A stretch of DNA of 64,000 nt. Source: Vicinamibacterales bacterium. GTDB taxonomy: Bacteria > Acidobacteriota > Vicinamibacteria > Vicinamibacterales > JAMQPK01. The DNA lies in NCBI GenBank assembly GCA_963746535.1, contig CAVVBP010000007.1:752319-816318 (forward strand), in the 5' to 3' direction. Made by a program: the position numbers and the translations under genes. How positions within the stretch are numbered: the first letter of the stretch is position 1; every line of letters begins with the position of its first letter. A model generated the notes under the pieces. That model was not told the DNA's origin. It did not search any database and saw only the letters and a list, made by a program, of their open reading frames with translations. This document shows positions 19,176-28,839 of this stretch, piece by piece.

Positions 19176-19830
19176 ATGAAGGCCATCACCGTTGAACCGC
19201 ACAAGCCCGAGACCGCACGCCTCGAGGATATCGCCGAGCCGGACGGACGCAACGGTTCGGTCCTCGTGGAAGCCATCGCGGTCGGGGTGTGCGGGACCGA
19301 TGTCGAAATCGTCGAGGGAAAGTACGGGTGGCCCCTCAGGGCAAGACACGTCTCGTACTCGCGCACGAGTCGCTGGGGCGGGTGATAGACCCGGGCCCGA
19401 ACTCCTCGCTCAAAGAGGGTGACCTCGTCGCTGGCATCGTCCGTCGACCTGACCCTGTGCCGTGCCCCAACTGCGCGGTCGGCGAGTGGGACATGTGCCG
19501 CAACGGCCAGTACACCGAGCGCGGCATCAAGGAGATCGACGGGTTCATGTCCGGCCGATCGGCCTTCTGGCGGCGTTGATTGGCAAGCAGGGGGGACTCG
19601 AAGTCCACGTCCTCGACCGGATCGAATCAGGTGCGAAGCCGGAGATCGTTCGTGCCCTCGAGGCCACCTACCACGCCGGCACACTCGCGGGCATCGGCTT
19701 CCAGCCCGACGTGATCATCGAGTGCACGGGCGTCCGGCAGGTCATCATCGACGCGATCAACACCGTCGCTTCTGGCGGTGTGGTGTGCCTCGCGGCTATC
19801 TCGTGCCGGCCATCCGGTGGAACAACCGTC
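19176..19830 (+). pseudogene. Zn-dependent medium-chain dehydrogenase (glucose 1-dehydrogenase-like), frameshifted, internally deleted and 3'-truncated
   Basis: MKAITVEP...VLVEAIAVGVCGTDVEIVEGKYG, then a frame change at the GGG run 19326-19328. Continues as APQGKTRLVLAHESLGRV...CPNCAVGEWDMCRNGQYTERGI, then a further frame change with about 50 aa missing before PIGLLAALIGKQGG. The 3' end is overlapped by the convergent MIP gene. Confidence 0.7.
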
Positions 19831-20587
19831 GACGATCGCTCTCGAAGTGATAGAGCTTCGCGACTTCGATGCGCCTCGCGAGGGAGCCGAAAGCGAGGAC
19901 GGCGGCCAGCATACCCAGCATCGGGCCGACCCAGTAAATCCACCATCCGTCCCAGCGACCTGAGATCAGCGCGGGACCGAAGGTGCGCGCCGGGTTGGTG
20001 CTCGTACCGGAGATGTGTGACTCGAGCGGCACCATGACGGCATAAAGAAACGGGATCACATACGGCGTGTAAGGTCGCAGATGTCGAAACCCCAGAAAGA
20101 TCATCAGCGTCGCAACCAGGGCAAACGTCGTGACAGCCTCACCCATGACGACCGTTGCCGTTGAGTAGCCCGCACCCGGAATCGTGGCGCCGAACGCGAC
20201 GCTGCGGCCCATCGATCCCCACGCCAGAAGAGGAAGAGCCCCAAAGGAGGCGCCCAGCAACTGCGCGAGGATATAGCCTGCCGCCGTCCGCCCGTCGAGT
20301 TTGCGCATCGCCCAGAAACCCATGGTGACCGCCGGGTTGATGTGCGCCCCACTTTCTCTACCGACACGCGACAGGGTGACCGCTGTGCCAATACAGCCAA
20401 AGAGAAACGCCGTCAGCGCCATGCGCAGCCCTTCGTTCGGCACGATGCGTCCCATGGGGCTGCCGTCGCCGGACATCACGATCACCGTCGACAGGCCGCC
20501 AAACACCAGCGCGGCCGTGCCGACCACCTCGGAGGAGAAGAAGCGCCAGCGGACCCGCCAGTCTGTTTTTGACGACTCTGTCTGCAC
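19796..20587 (-). CDS. MIP-family channel (aquaporin/glycerol-facilitator-like)
   Basis: Two NPA boxes (HINPAVTMG and NPARTFGPA). Six-TM layout. GTG start. Confidence 0.85.
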   Translation of the reverse strand: MQTESSKTDWRVRWRFFSSEVVGTAALVFGGLSTVIVMSGDGSPMGRIVPNEGLRMALTAFLFGCIGTAVTLSRVGRESGAHINPAVTMGFWAMRKLDGRTAAGYILAQLLGASFGALPLLAWGSMGRSVAFGATIPGAGYSTATVVMGEAVTTFALVATLMIFLGFRHLRPYTPYVIPFLYAVMVPLESHISGTSTNPARTFGPALISGRWDGWWIYWVGPMLGMLAAVLAFGSLARRIEVAKLYHFESDRRRLFHRMAGTR

Positions 20588-20637
20588 CGCCTTCTTTCGT
20601 GCCGCTCAGATCATTCAGCCACACCCAGGCGGTCACC

Positions 20638-23418
20638 TCATTTATGACCGGATGCGTGGGCCAGGTGTTCCTCTCTTACCTGCGCGGGTTTCGCGCCGGT
20701 TTTTTCGAACACGGCCTTCTTACCCATTGCCAGCGCGCGCTCGGGATCCAGAACGCCGTAGAGCTCGATGAGCTTGGCGACGAGTCCGGTCCACCCGGTC
20801 TGATGACTGGCGCCCAACCCGGCGCCGTTGTCGGCGTGGAAGTACTCGTAGAAGAGGATGTAGTCGCGCCAATGCGGATCGGTCTGGAACTTCTCGGTGC
20901 CGCCGTACACCGGGCGACGGCCCCGATCGTCGCGGGTGAACGTGCTGACGAGCCGGTCGGAGATCTCCTTGCTCACCTCGAACAGGTTCATCAGCCGGCC
21001 GGAGCCGGTGGGACATTCGATCTTAAAGTTGTCGCCGTAGTACAGGTAGAAGTTCTGCAGCGCCCGGATGATGAGCGCGTTCACCGGCATCCAGACCGGG
21101 CCCCGCCAATTGGAGTTGCCGCCGAACATGCCTGTGTTCGATTCCGCCGGCAGGTAATCCACCCGGTACTCCTGGCCGTTCGCATGGAAGACATACGGGT
21201 TCCGCTCGTGGAACTTCGAGATCGAGCGAATGCCGTGAGGCCCCAGGAACTCGTTTTCGTCGAGCATCCTCGTGAGAATCCGGCGGAGACGCTCCGGGTT
21301 GACGAGGGCGAGAACACCCCGCTCGGCCACGCCGAAGTGACCCGGGCCGGTCGGGTGTATCGTCGTCGCCAGTTCGGGCATCCGGCGCAAGCGCTCCTGC
21401 ACATAGGACATGGCGCTCGGGATCTGCTCCCGCTGCGCCTTCTCGATCACCGTGGTTGCGCATAGCGGGAGGAGTCCTACCAGAGAACGCACCTTGAGCC
21501 GCGTGGCGCTGCCGTCGGGGAGCCGCAGGATGTCGTAGTAGAAGCCGTCCTCCTCGTCCCACATGCCGTCCTGGCCGGGCCGGTTCATGGCGGCGGCGAT
21601 GTAGTAGAAGTGCTCCACGAACTTGAAGACCATGCCCTCGTAGACCGGATCGTGTGCGGCGAGCTCGATCGCGAGTTCCAGCATGTTCTCGCTGAAGAGG
21701 GCCATCCACGCCGTGCCGTCCGCCTGCTCGAGGTGGCCGCCGGTGGGCAGCGGGGCGCTGCGGTCGAAGACGCCGATGTTGTCCAGGCCGAGAAAGCCGC
21801 CCTCGAACACGTTCTTGCCGAAGCGGTCCTTGCGGTTGACCCACCAGGTGAAGTTCAGCAGGAGCTTGTTGAAGGTCGATTGGAGGAAGTCCAGGTCCGG
21901 CTTGCCGTGCAGGGCCTGCTCGGTGCGATAGAGGAACAACGTGGCAAAGGCGTGGACGGGCGGGTTCACGTCGCTGAAGTTCCACTCGTAGGCGGGCATC
22001 TGGCCGTTGGGGTGGAGGTACGCGCCACGAAGCATCAGGTCCATCTGGTGCTTGGCAAAGTCGGGGTCCACGATCGCCAGCGGCAGCGTGTGAAACGCCA
22101 GATCCCAGGCCGCGTACCAGGGGTACTCCCACTTGTCGGGCATCGAGATGATGTCCTCGTTCAACATGTGGTACCACTCCGAGTTCCGCGCGGGGCGATA
22201 ACCGTGATGGAGCGGGTTGGAGTTGTGCTCGTCGAGCCAGTTGTCCCCGTCGAAAAAGAAGAACTGCTTGCTCCACAGCATGCCCGCCAGGGCCTGGCGC
22301 ATCACGTTGGCGGCATCTTCGCCGACCGATGGCGGCGTGACCGACGCGTAGAACTCGTCGGCCTCACGAAGCCTGGCGGCGAAGACGTCGTCGAACGTCT
22401 TCCCGAAGGGTTGAACCGTCTTGCTTCGGAGAAGCGGGCGAGAGCCGCACGCGAATCACCTCGGACTGACCGGCGCCGACGGTGACCTTGTAGTGTGCCG
22501 CGACCTTCGTGCCCTGCCTGCCGGGGTTCACGGCATCCTGGTTGCCGTGGACGACGCAGTCGTTGATGCCGTCCTTGACGTGCGCGCTCTCGTTCTGCTG
22601 CCCCGGAAAGAGCCGCTCGTGGTTCGTTTCGTTCTCGGTGAAGAGCAGCGGCACGTCGCCTTCGCACGACAGAGACGAACTCACCGAGCACCGGGTGCGC
22701 CACCGCCGCCGCGCTCACGCCTGCCGGCGCCTCGGTCTGACGGAGGTGGGGCTTCTGGCGCGGCCCGGTTGGATTCGGCAATCCAGGCCGACCAGTCGTT
22801 GCGGAACCACAGCGTCGGCAGGAGATGCAGGTCTGCCGCGTCCGGTCCCCGGTTGACCGCCGTGATGCGCACGAGGATGTCTTCCGCGGCGCCCTTGGCG
22901 TACTCCACGAACACGTCGAAGTAGCGGTCGTCGTTGAAGACGCCGGTGTCGAGGAGCTCGTACTCCATCTCCTCGCGGGTGCGCCGGCCGTTGGTCTGCA
23001 CCAGGTCGGCGTAGGGAAACGCCGCGTGCGGGTACTTGTACAGAAACTTCATGTACGAGTGGGTCGGCGTGCTATCGAGGTAGAAGTAGTACTCCTTGAC
23101 GTCCTCGCCGTGGTTGCCTTCGCTGTTGGTCAATCCGAAGAGCCGCTCCTTGAGGATCGGATCGTTCCCGTTCCACAAGGCCAGCGCGAAGCACAGGCGC
23201 TGTTTGTCGTCGGAGATGCCGGCCAGGCCGTCTTCGCCCCAGCGATAGGCGCGTGAGCGGGCCTGATCGTGGGTGAAGAAATTCCAGGCGTCTCCGTTCT
23301 CGCTGTAGTCCTCGCGGACCGTTCCCCACTGGCGCTCGCTGAGGTACGGACCCCATTTCTTCCAATCGACCTTGCCCTCGCGAGCCTCGTCAAGCCTGGT
23401 CTGTTCAGCTGTATTCAT
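20638..23418 (-). pseudogene. GH63-like (MGH1/YgjK-type) glucosidase split over at least four frame segments
   Basis: N-terminal segment 22681-23418 ([18 protein letters not shown]...LWFRNDWS). Middle segments lie in two other frames (KPHLRQTE...AHPVLGEF, then LLFTENETNHERLF...VKDGINDCVV). The C-terminal 555 aa (FGKTFDDVFAARLREADEFY...MLWSKQFFFFDG...) lies in a further frame. Confidence 0.8.
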
Positions 23419-23696
23419 AACTTCTCCTTCGCTCCGCCACTGGACGAGTGTTTTTGCTCACCATCGACGCAATGCTGGCACCACCTGAATCATTGGTCCC
23501 CAGCCAGTCAAACCTGCAGTATACGGAGTAAAGGCTCCGCTATAGGAAACTTTTGATAACGCTCCGGTCGTTCATCGGGTGACGTCGGGCACTGTAACAA
23601 GGGCGGAATGAGACATGTACTGCCCTTAGGGGAAGGATCGGCGCGGATGCCGCGAAGGCGATTCAGTGCGCGACGCGACATCCACGAACCGACGGC

Positions 23697-24515
23697 TTAC
23701 GGTGTCAGGCCGAAGGCCTGCTGAAGTTTACCGAGCGAGGTCTGCACGGCTTGCCAATTCGTCATGGCCGGCATCGGGTGCGCGTCGACGAATGTCTGGA
23801 GCTTGGCCACCTGTTCAACAACCTGCCGCATTTCACCGGTCGCCGGCTTGCCGTCGCTCGTACGGGATTTCACCGCATCGGCCTGCTTGATGAGCATCTC
23901 GACGTCCTTCTTGGCCGTGTCCTTCTCGGGTTTCAGCAGGGTCTTGTCTTTGTCGAGGTCGTTCTTGAAGCGGTTCGCGGCATCGGCGATCGTTGAAGCG
24001 ACGCTCGCGGTCTCCTTATCGTTCATCCGACGGACCGCGGCGCCATCCGGAAGGGGAAACGTGGTGCCGTACGCGTCCGCCAGTTGCTTGAGATTCGTCG
24101 TCAGCCGATCCCATTCGCTGCGGCCCTTCATGTCGCTCGGCGAGCCCTTCATGAACGTGTCGATCGCCGTGGACTGTTTGAGAACGGTGACGACCTCGGC
24201 GCTGGCGGAGTAGTCCGCGGTGAATCGATCCTTGAGCTTCTTGGTGCTGTCCTGATAGTCCTGGAGAGCGCCGGAGACCTTTATCTCCCCGTTCGCTCCT
24301 TGCACCGTCGATCCCTTGAAGTCGCCGTCGAGGTTGCCTTCGAACTTGTCACGTCCCTCATCGACCTGGTCGATCAGCATCTTGACGTCCTTGTCAGAGA
24401 GGCGTTCAGGTCGCTCCTGGGCGAGCGCCGGAAGGGTCCACAGGGACAGGGTGGTCACGAGGAGAATGGTCCGGGCGCGCGCGGCGATGATGCGTGGGCT
24501 GCGAGTGGATTTCAT
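23697..24515 (-). CDS. Secreted helical protein with an internal two-fold repeat, unknown function
   Basis: Signal peptide ...LSLWTLPALAQ. Repeated segments DKDVKMLIDQVDEGRDKF / KKDVEMLIKQADAVKSRT and VVTVLKQSTAIDTFMKG / VVEQVAKLQTFVDA. Confidence 0.7.
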   Translation of the reverse strand: MKSTRSPRIIAARARTILLVTTLSLWTLPALAQERPERLSDKDVKMLIDQVDEGRDKFEGNLDGDFKGSTVQGANGEIKVSGALQDYQDSTKKLKDRFTADYSASAEVVTVLKQSTAIDTFMKGSPSDMKGRSEWDRLTTNLKQLADAYGTTFPLPDGAAVRRMNDKETASVASTIADAANRFKNDLDKDKTLLKPEKDTAKKDVEMLIKQADAVKSRTSDGKPATGEMRQVVEQVAKLQTFVDAHPMPAMTNWQAVQTSLGKLQQAFGLTP

Positions 24516-24623
24516 GGTTGTTCCTTGTCTTATCGAGTGATGGATCTGACCTAATCCCTCAGGCTAGCAGCGTCCCCGCACGTCGACTGTGTCGAATTGA
24601 ACAGGTGAGGATCACACGTTCAC

Positions 24624-25379
24624 TCAATGCCGCGCTACAGGCACAGGAGACCACGGTGAACGAGTGTGTCCGGACACCGGCGGTTCCTCGACTGGGGCCT
24701 TGAACGCCGCCCTGTATGCGACGCCCGCGACTGCGGCGCCGATCACCGGCGCAAGCCAGAACAACCAGAGCTGCTGGAGAGCCCAGCCTCCGACGAACAC
24801 CGCTGTGGCAGTGCTGCGCGCCGGATTGACCGAGGTGTTCGTCACCGGGATGCTGATCAGATGGATCAGCGTGAGGGCGAGGCCGATGGCGAGACCAGCG
24901 AATCCTGCAGGGGCACGTGTGTGAGTGGTGCCGAGAATGACCAGCAGGAACATGAACGTCATCACGACTTCGCACACAAGCCCCGCCGCCAGCGAATACT
25001 CACCCGGGGAGTGCGCGCCGTAGCCGTTCGAGGCAAACCCGCCGGCGAGGCTGAAATCGGCGCGCCCGCTCGCGATGAGAAAGAGCACGAGTGCGCCGGC
25101 GATGCCACCGAGGACTTGCGCCCCGGCGTACGGCAACAGCAGGCCGGCGGGGAAGCGGCCTCCTGCCCACAGGCCGACGGAGACAGCGGGGTTGAAGTGA
25201 CCGCCCGAGATCGGGCCGAAAGCGTACGCCCCGGTGAGCACCGTGAGACCGAACGCCAGTGAGACCCCGAGGAATCCGATCCCGACCTCTGGAAAGGCGG
25301 CCGCGAGGACCGCGCTGCCGCAACCGCCGAGCACGAGCCAGAACGTGCCGATAAACTCCGCAGAAAGCTTAGAGAACAT
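24624..25379 (-). CDS. aqpZ: Aquaporin Z
   Basis: ATG 25379 after [42 protein letters not shown] and NPARSTA NPA boxes. About 20 extra C-terminal residues. Confidence 0.9.
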   Translation of the reverse strand: MFSKLSAEFIGTFWLVLGGCGSAVLAAAFPEVGIGFLGVSLAFGLTVLTGAYAFGPISGGHFNPAVSVGLWAGGRFPAGLLLPYAGAQVLGGIAGALVLFLIASGRADFSLAGGFASNGYGAHSPGEYSLAAGLVCEVVMTFMFLLVILGTTHTRAPAGFAGLAIGLALTLIHLISIPVTNTSVNPARSTATAVFVGGWALQQLWLFWLAPVIGAAVAGVAYRAAFKAPVEEPPVSGHTRSPWSPVPVARH

Positions 25380-25442
25380 GGCGCACTCCTTTGGTGACCC
25401 TGCGACGATCGTCACGAAGGTATCGTCCGGCGACGCGGAACG

Positions 25443-25459
25443 AAGCATCTTCCGTACCG
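25443..25459 (-). promoter_or_regulatory. Candidate sigma54 (-24/-12) promoter of aqpZ
   Basis: The minus strand reads CGGTACGGAAGATGCTT: GG-N10-GC spacing, with GGTACG/TGC against the consensus TGGCACG-N4-TTGC. Lies about 66 nt upstream of the ATG and forms part of the repeated module. Confidence 0.5.
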
Positions 25460-25548
25460 GGACGGGGCGAGGATCGTCGTCAATTCGAGGAGGTATGACG
25501 CAGGCGCGCGGGATCCCGCGATCCAAGCCGCGTTATATCGTGTGTGTC
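25443..25548 (-). repeat. Copy A of a 106-nt regulatory module (promoter block plus distal site)
   Basis: Gap-free alignment with 29462-29567: 37/40 identical, then 8/11, then 37 nt unrelated, then 16/18 (CGTTATATCGTGTGTGTC at 25531-25548). Confidence 0.8.
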
Positions 25549-25633
25549 GTGATGTTCTCCAGACCGGGCTCCAGCGTTGACTACATCAGAGCGGATGGCT
25601 GAGGCCACCGCATAGTGAAGTCAAGGAGGACAC

Positions 25634-26020
25634 ATGTCTGCTCGAAAGGTCATTCACACGTTGTTTGGCGTGGCGCTCATCGGCGTGCTGGCAACCTCGT
25701 CGATCGGCGCAATGCCGGAGGCGGGGAAAATGACGTACTTCACGTTCAGCAAAGCCGTGCAGCTCCCCGGCGTCGCACTGCCAGCCGGCACCTATATCTT
25801 CGAGATCATCAACCCCGACACGAGCGCGAACGTCGTTCGCGTGGCCAGTCGCGATCGCTCGAAGGTCTATCTGACGCAAATCACCCATCGGGTTGAACGC
25901 CCGCGGTCGCGTGATATGGAGCCGCGGATCGTGCTCGGCGAGGCTCCGGCTGGCCAGCCGCCCCCGGTGGCGTCGTGGTTTCCCCATGGCGAGACGATCG
26001 GCCGCGCGTTCATCTACTAA
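25634..26020 (+). CDS. Small secreted protein, unknown function
   Basis: RBS AAGGAGGA. Signal peptide IHTLFGVALIGVLATSSIGA. Confidence 0.65.
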   Translation: MSARKVIHTLFGVALIGVLATSSIGAMPEAGKMTYFTFSKAVQLPGVALPAGTYIFEIINPDTSANVVRVASRDRSKVYLTQITHRVERPRSRDMEPRIVLGEAPAGQPPPVASWFPHGETIGRAFIY

Positions 26021-26109
26021 TCTCGACGAGTCAGCGCTCGCCATGCCGGGACGCATATGGTTGCCCGGTATGGCGGGCTCGCCCGCAACCAACACAACTC
26101 GGCGTGACG

Positions 26110-26643
26110 TCAACGCGAACAGTGATTCTCTGCCCGGCGATAAATCCTGTGGCAGCCGCTGCACGAGTCGGCCAGCTGTCCGTTCGCCTCGCTGATTTGC
26201 TCCTGGCTGCGCGCACGTGCCGCCGCGGCCGTCGCGCGGGCCGATACGCGCATCGCCTCCACCGCCGCTTTCCACTGTGATTCGTCGACCGGGACCGGCC
26301 TGCCGTTCGCACAGGCACGGCCGCGGAGGTTCAGCAGGTCCGCTGACTCCAGCAGTGCAAGGCTGCTGTTCTCGACCGCCTGCCACCCGCCGTAGAGACC
26401 CGAGAGCGGGTTGGTCGATGTCGACGGCTTGATATCGCGGGGAACAGCGGCGGGATCGTCACTCTCAGTGGCGAAGATCACGTTGGCGTTCGGGAACAGG
26501 ATCGCCTGCATCAACTGCTGAGCCGTCGAGGCGGGGCGGGGCGCCGGGGTCTGCGCCTGCGTTTCCACACGCGCCATGATGCCGGCCACGATCGCAACCG
26601 CAACGAGCAGGCAGCATCGCTTCACGGCTGCGCTTCGCGGCAT
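26110..26643 (-). CDS. Cytochrome c' (class II c-type cytochrome) with signal peptide
   Basis: Single CxxCH (CSGCHRIY) close to the C-terminus of a helical protein of about 150 aa, as in class II cytochromes. The start overlaps the upstream gene by 22 nt. Confidence 0.7.
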   Translation of the reverse strand: MPRSAAVKRCCLLVAVAIVAGIMARVETQAQTPAPRPASTAQQLMQAILFPNANVIFATESDDPAAVPRDIKPSTSTNPLSGLYGGWQAVENSSLALLESADLLNLRGRACANGRPVPVDESQWKAAVEAMRVSARATAAAARARSQEQISEANGQLADSCSGCHRIYRRAENHCSR

Positions 26644-27383
26644 TTTCCGCCCGGGCAGCGATTGTTCTCCTCGCACACGTACTCAAGCAGGCCGAGCTTG
26701 TCCCAATCGGGACGCAGCGTCAGCTCGAAGTCCTGCGAGAACGGGCGTTCGAAGATCTTCGAATCGTCAATCGTGATGCGGTACCGCAGCTTGTCGCCGG
26801 CACGCTGCAATCGCTCGGTCGTCTTGAGCGCGTCGGTGTGCCACCGGCTCCTGGTCGGATCGGTGTAGTGGTAGTCGTCGAGGATCCACGGCTTGAAGTT
26901 GACCGTCTCGATGACGAGCGCGTCGCCGTCCCACCGGCCCACTGAGTCGCCGTAGTAGGTCGGCTCGATGTCCTCCCGGTGCGGGCGCCCATCCGTCGGG
27001 ATAATCCGCGCGGCGCGCTGGAGCTCCGGGATGATCACGATGTAGTTCTGGTTCTGCACGATCTGGATCGGCAGGATGTAGAGCATGCCCGACGGGAAGC
27101 CCGACGGCAGGCAGGCGGCGCGCGGCTCGTCGAGACGAACATCGCCCGTGCGCATGTGGTACAGCAGGCTCTCGGCGCCGGGTTTCACCGGCGCCATCTT
27201 GTCGGCGTTGAAGATCAGGTTGCCGCGCGGCCCGGTCGCGTTGACCGTGGCCGGCGGTGTGTAGATGCCAGAGAAGTCAGGTTTGCCGTTTGCGGTGCGC
27301 GGAATGTCCTGCGCCCGGCTGGAATGGCCGGCGAGGAACACCAGCGCCGTCACAAGTGCCGAAGCGATGAATCGGCGGCTCAT
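26622..27383 (-). CDS. Secreted protein of unknown function (operon gene 5)
   Basis: Signal peptide ALVTALVFLAGHSSRAQ. ATGA overlap with the upstream gene stop at 27380-27383. Confidence 0.75.
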   Translation of the reverse strand: MSRRFIASALVTALVFLAGHSSRAQDIPRTANGKPDFSGIYTPPATVNATGPRGNLIFNADKMAPVKPGAESLLYHMRTGDVRLDEPRAACLPSGFPSGMLYILPIQIVQNQNYIVIIPELQRAARIIPTDGRPHREDIEPTYYGDSVGRWDGDALVIETVNFKPWILDDYHYTDPTRSRWHTDALKTTERLQRAGDKLRYRITIDDSKIFERPFSQDFELTLRPDWDKLGLLEYVCEENNRCPGGKCREAQP

Positions 27384-27775
27384 TTCCCACCCTCCGTTGG
27401 CGTCAGCACATTCGTGCCGTCGGCGAACGTGATGCGCCGGGCTGAAGCGTTGTTGGAACCATCACGGGCACGCACGCCTTCGACGTTGATCACCGAGCCG
27501 AGTTTGAGCGCCGTCTTGGTCACCCCGCGGCGCATCAGCGCTCCAGGGGGCGCCGTGGAAAAGCCCCAGGTCGTCAGCTTCCCGTCCTGTTCCTTCACCT
27601 CGACATAGAACCAGACATGCGGGTTCTGCCATTCGACCTTCGTCAGCATGCCGCTGACCTTGACCGGCTTGGTCGTGTCGTACTCGGCGGCTTCCGCATG
27701 GTGTGCGCGCAGCAGTGGGCCCGAGAGAAAGAGACCCAGGCCAATCACGAGCAAGAGCAGTCTGTGGCGTGGCAT
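27380..27775 (-). CDS. DUF6152-like periplasmic protein; predicted mature N-terminus His-His
   Basis: MPRHRLLLLVIGLGLFLSGPLLRA/HHAEAAEYD...VKVSGMLTKVEWQNPHVWFYV matches the remembered DUF6152 pattern (AHHSF..FD...V.L.G.V..F.W.NPH). A TTG at 27799 is an alternative start. Confidence 0.7.
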   Translation of the reverse strand: MPRHRLLLLVIGLGLFLSGPLLRAHHAEAAEYDTTKPVKVSGMLTKVEWQNPHVWFYVEVKEQDGKLTTWGFSTAPPGALMRRGVTKTALKLGSVINVEGVRARDGSNNASARRITFADGTNVLTPTEGGK

Positions 27776-27826
27776 GCAGTGCCTCAAAAGACGTTTCAAA
27801 GACTGTAAGAGAAGGGTTTCGGTTCG

Positions 27827-28324
27827 TCAACGTATCTCGGCAAAAAACGGCAGCATGCGGCCGAAGTAGAGCACGGCGAACCAGGCGACGAGCGAGACCC
27901 CGCCTACGACCTTGAAGGTCAGCGGCGTATCCTCGCCGGCCCCAATCGCCAGGACGCGGGCCCCCTGCGTGGTCTCGAAGAACATGGCGTTGAGACCCGC
28001 CACCAGCAGGAAGGCGACCTTTCCCCACCAGGCCCAGCTCACAACGTACTGGGAGGGCAGGGCCAGGAAGAACAGAATCCCGGTCGTCAGATTGAGACCG
28101 AAGCCGCACAGGGCCAGCGGCATGAACTGCCGCGCGACGGTCAACGGCACCCGCTTCATCAAACCGAGCAGGCGCAGGTCGAAGAATCCTGTCGCGCCGA
28201 TCAGCAGCGCCAGGCCGATGAAGTGCAACGTTTCGGAGAGCGGCCAGAGCCACGGCGCCTGCGACTGCAGAAACAGCGAGACCGACGTGTTCTGCAGGTC
28301 GCGTGCGAATGCTTCAACCGGCAT
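27827..28324 (-). CDS. Integral membrane protein (about 4 TM), paralogue of the next gene upstream
   Basis: Hydrophobic segments with TLHFIGLALLIGATGFFDLRLLG. Similar layout to the 28332-28802 product (TILVLHTAGFALVVGSALVVNARLLG). Confidence 0.7.
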   Translation of the reverse strand: MPVEAFARDLQNTSVSLFLQSQAPWLWPLSETLHFIGLALLIGATGFFDLRLLGLMKRVPLTVARQFMPLALCGFGLNLTTGILFFLALPSQYVVSWAWWGKVAFLLVAGLNAMFFETTQGARVLAIGAGEDTPLTFKVVGGVSLVAWFAVLYFGRMLPFFAEIR

Positions 28325-28331
28325 CGTCGCG

Positions 28332-28802
28332 CTACTTGATATAGGCCATCAGCCGGCCGGCGACGATGGCGCCGGTCCAGGTCACGAGTGACACCACGGC
28401 GAGCACGCGGCCGCGTGCCGGCACCACGCTCTGCTCGCCGGCGCCCTTGACCATCCGCACGATCGGCACAGTAACGCCCAGCGCCATGGCGATCAGCGAC
28501 AACTTGATCCAGAAGATCGCTTGAAACGCCTTCACCGTTGCCGCGATAGCGAACAGGATGAACCCGCTGATGGCATTGACCGTGAATCCCGCCCACATGA
28601 TTGGGAACAGCGGTCCAAATGCGGACAGCGGCGCGAGACGGCCCAGCCCCAGCAACCGCGCGTTCACGACCAGGGCTGAACCGACGACGAGCGCGAAGCC
28701 GGCGGTGTGCAGGACGAGAATGGTGGGGTATCCCCAGATCGACCCCGATTCCGCGATCGTCACGAAGATGGGAAGATGCTGCAGCCACTCGAGAAATGCC
28801 AC
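28332..28802 (-). CDS. Integral membrane protein (about 4 TM), paralogue of 27827-28324
   Basis: GTG start. 7-nt gap to the downstream paralogue. Motifs shared with it. Confidence 0.7.
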   Translation of the reverse strand: MAFLEWLQHLPIFVTIAESGSIWGYPTILVLHTAGFALVVGSALVVNARLLGLGRLAPLSAFGPLFPIMWAGFTVNAISGFILFAIAATVKAFQAIFWIKLSLIAMALGVTVPIVRMVKGAGEQSVVPARGRVLAVVSLVTWTGAIVAGRLMAYIK

Positions 28803-28839
28803 AGCCGCCGATGCTACCCTAACTTTCCTTCATCGCCTC

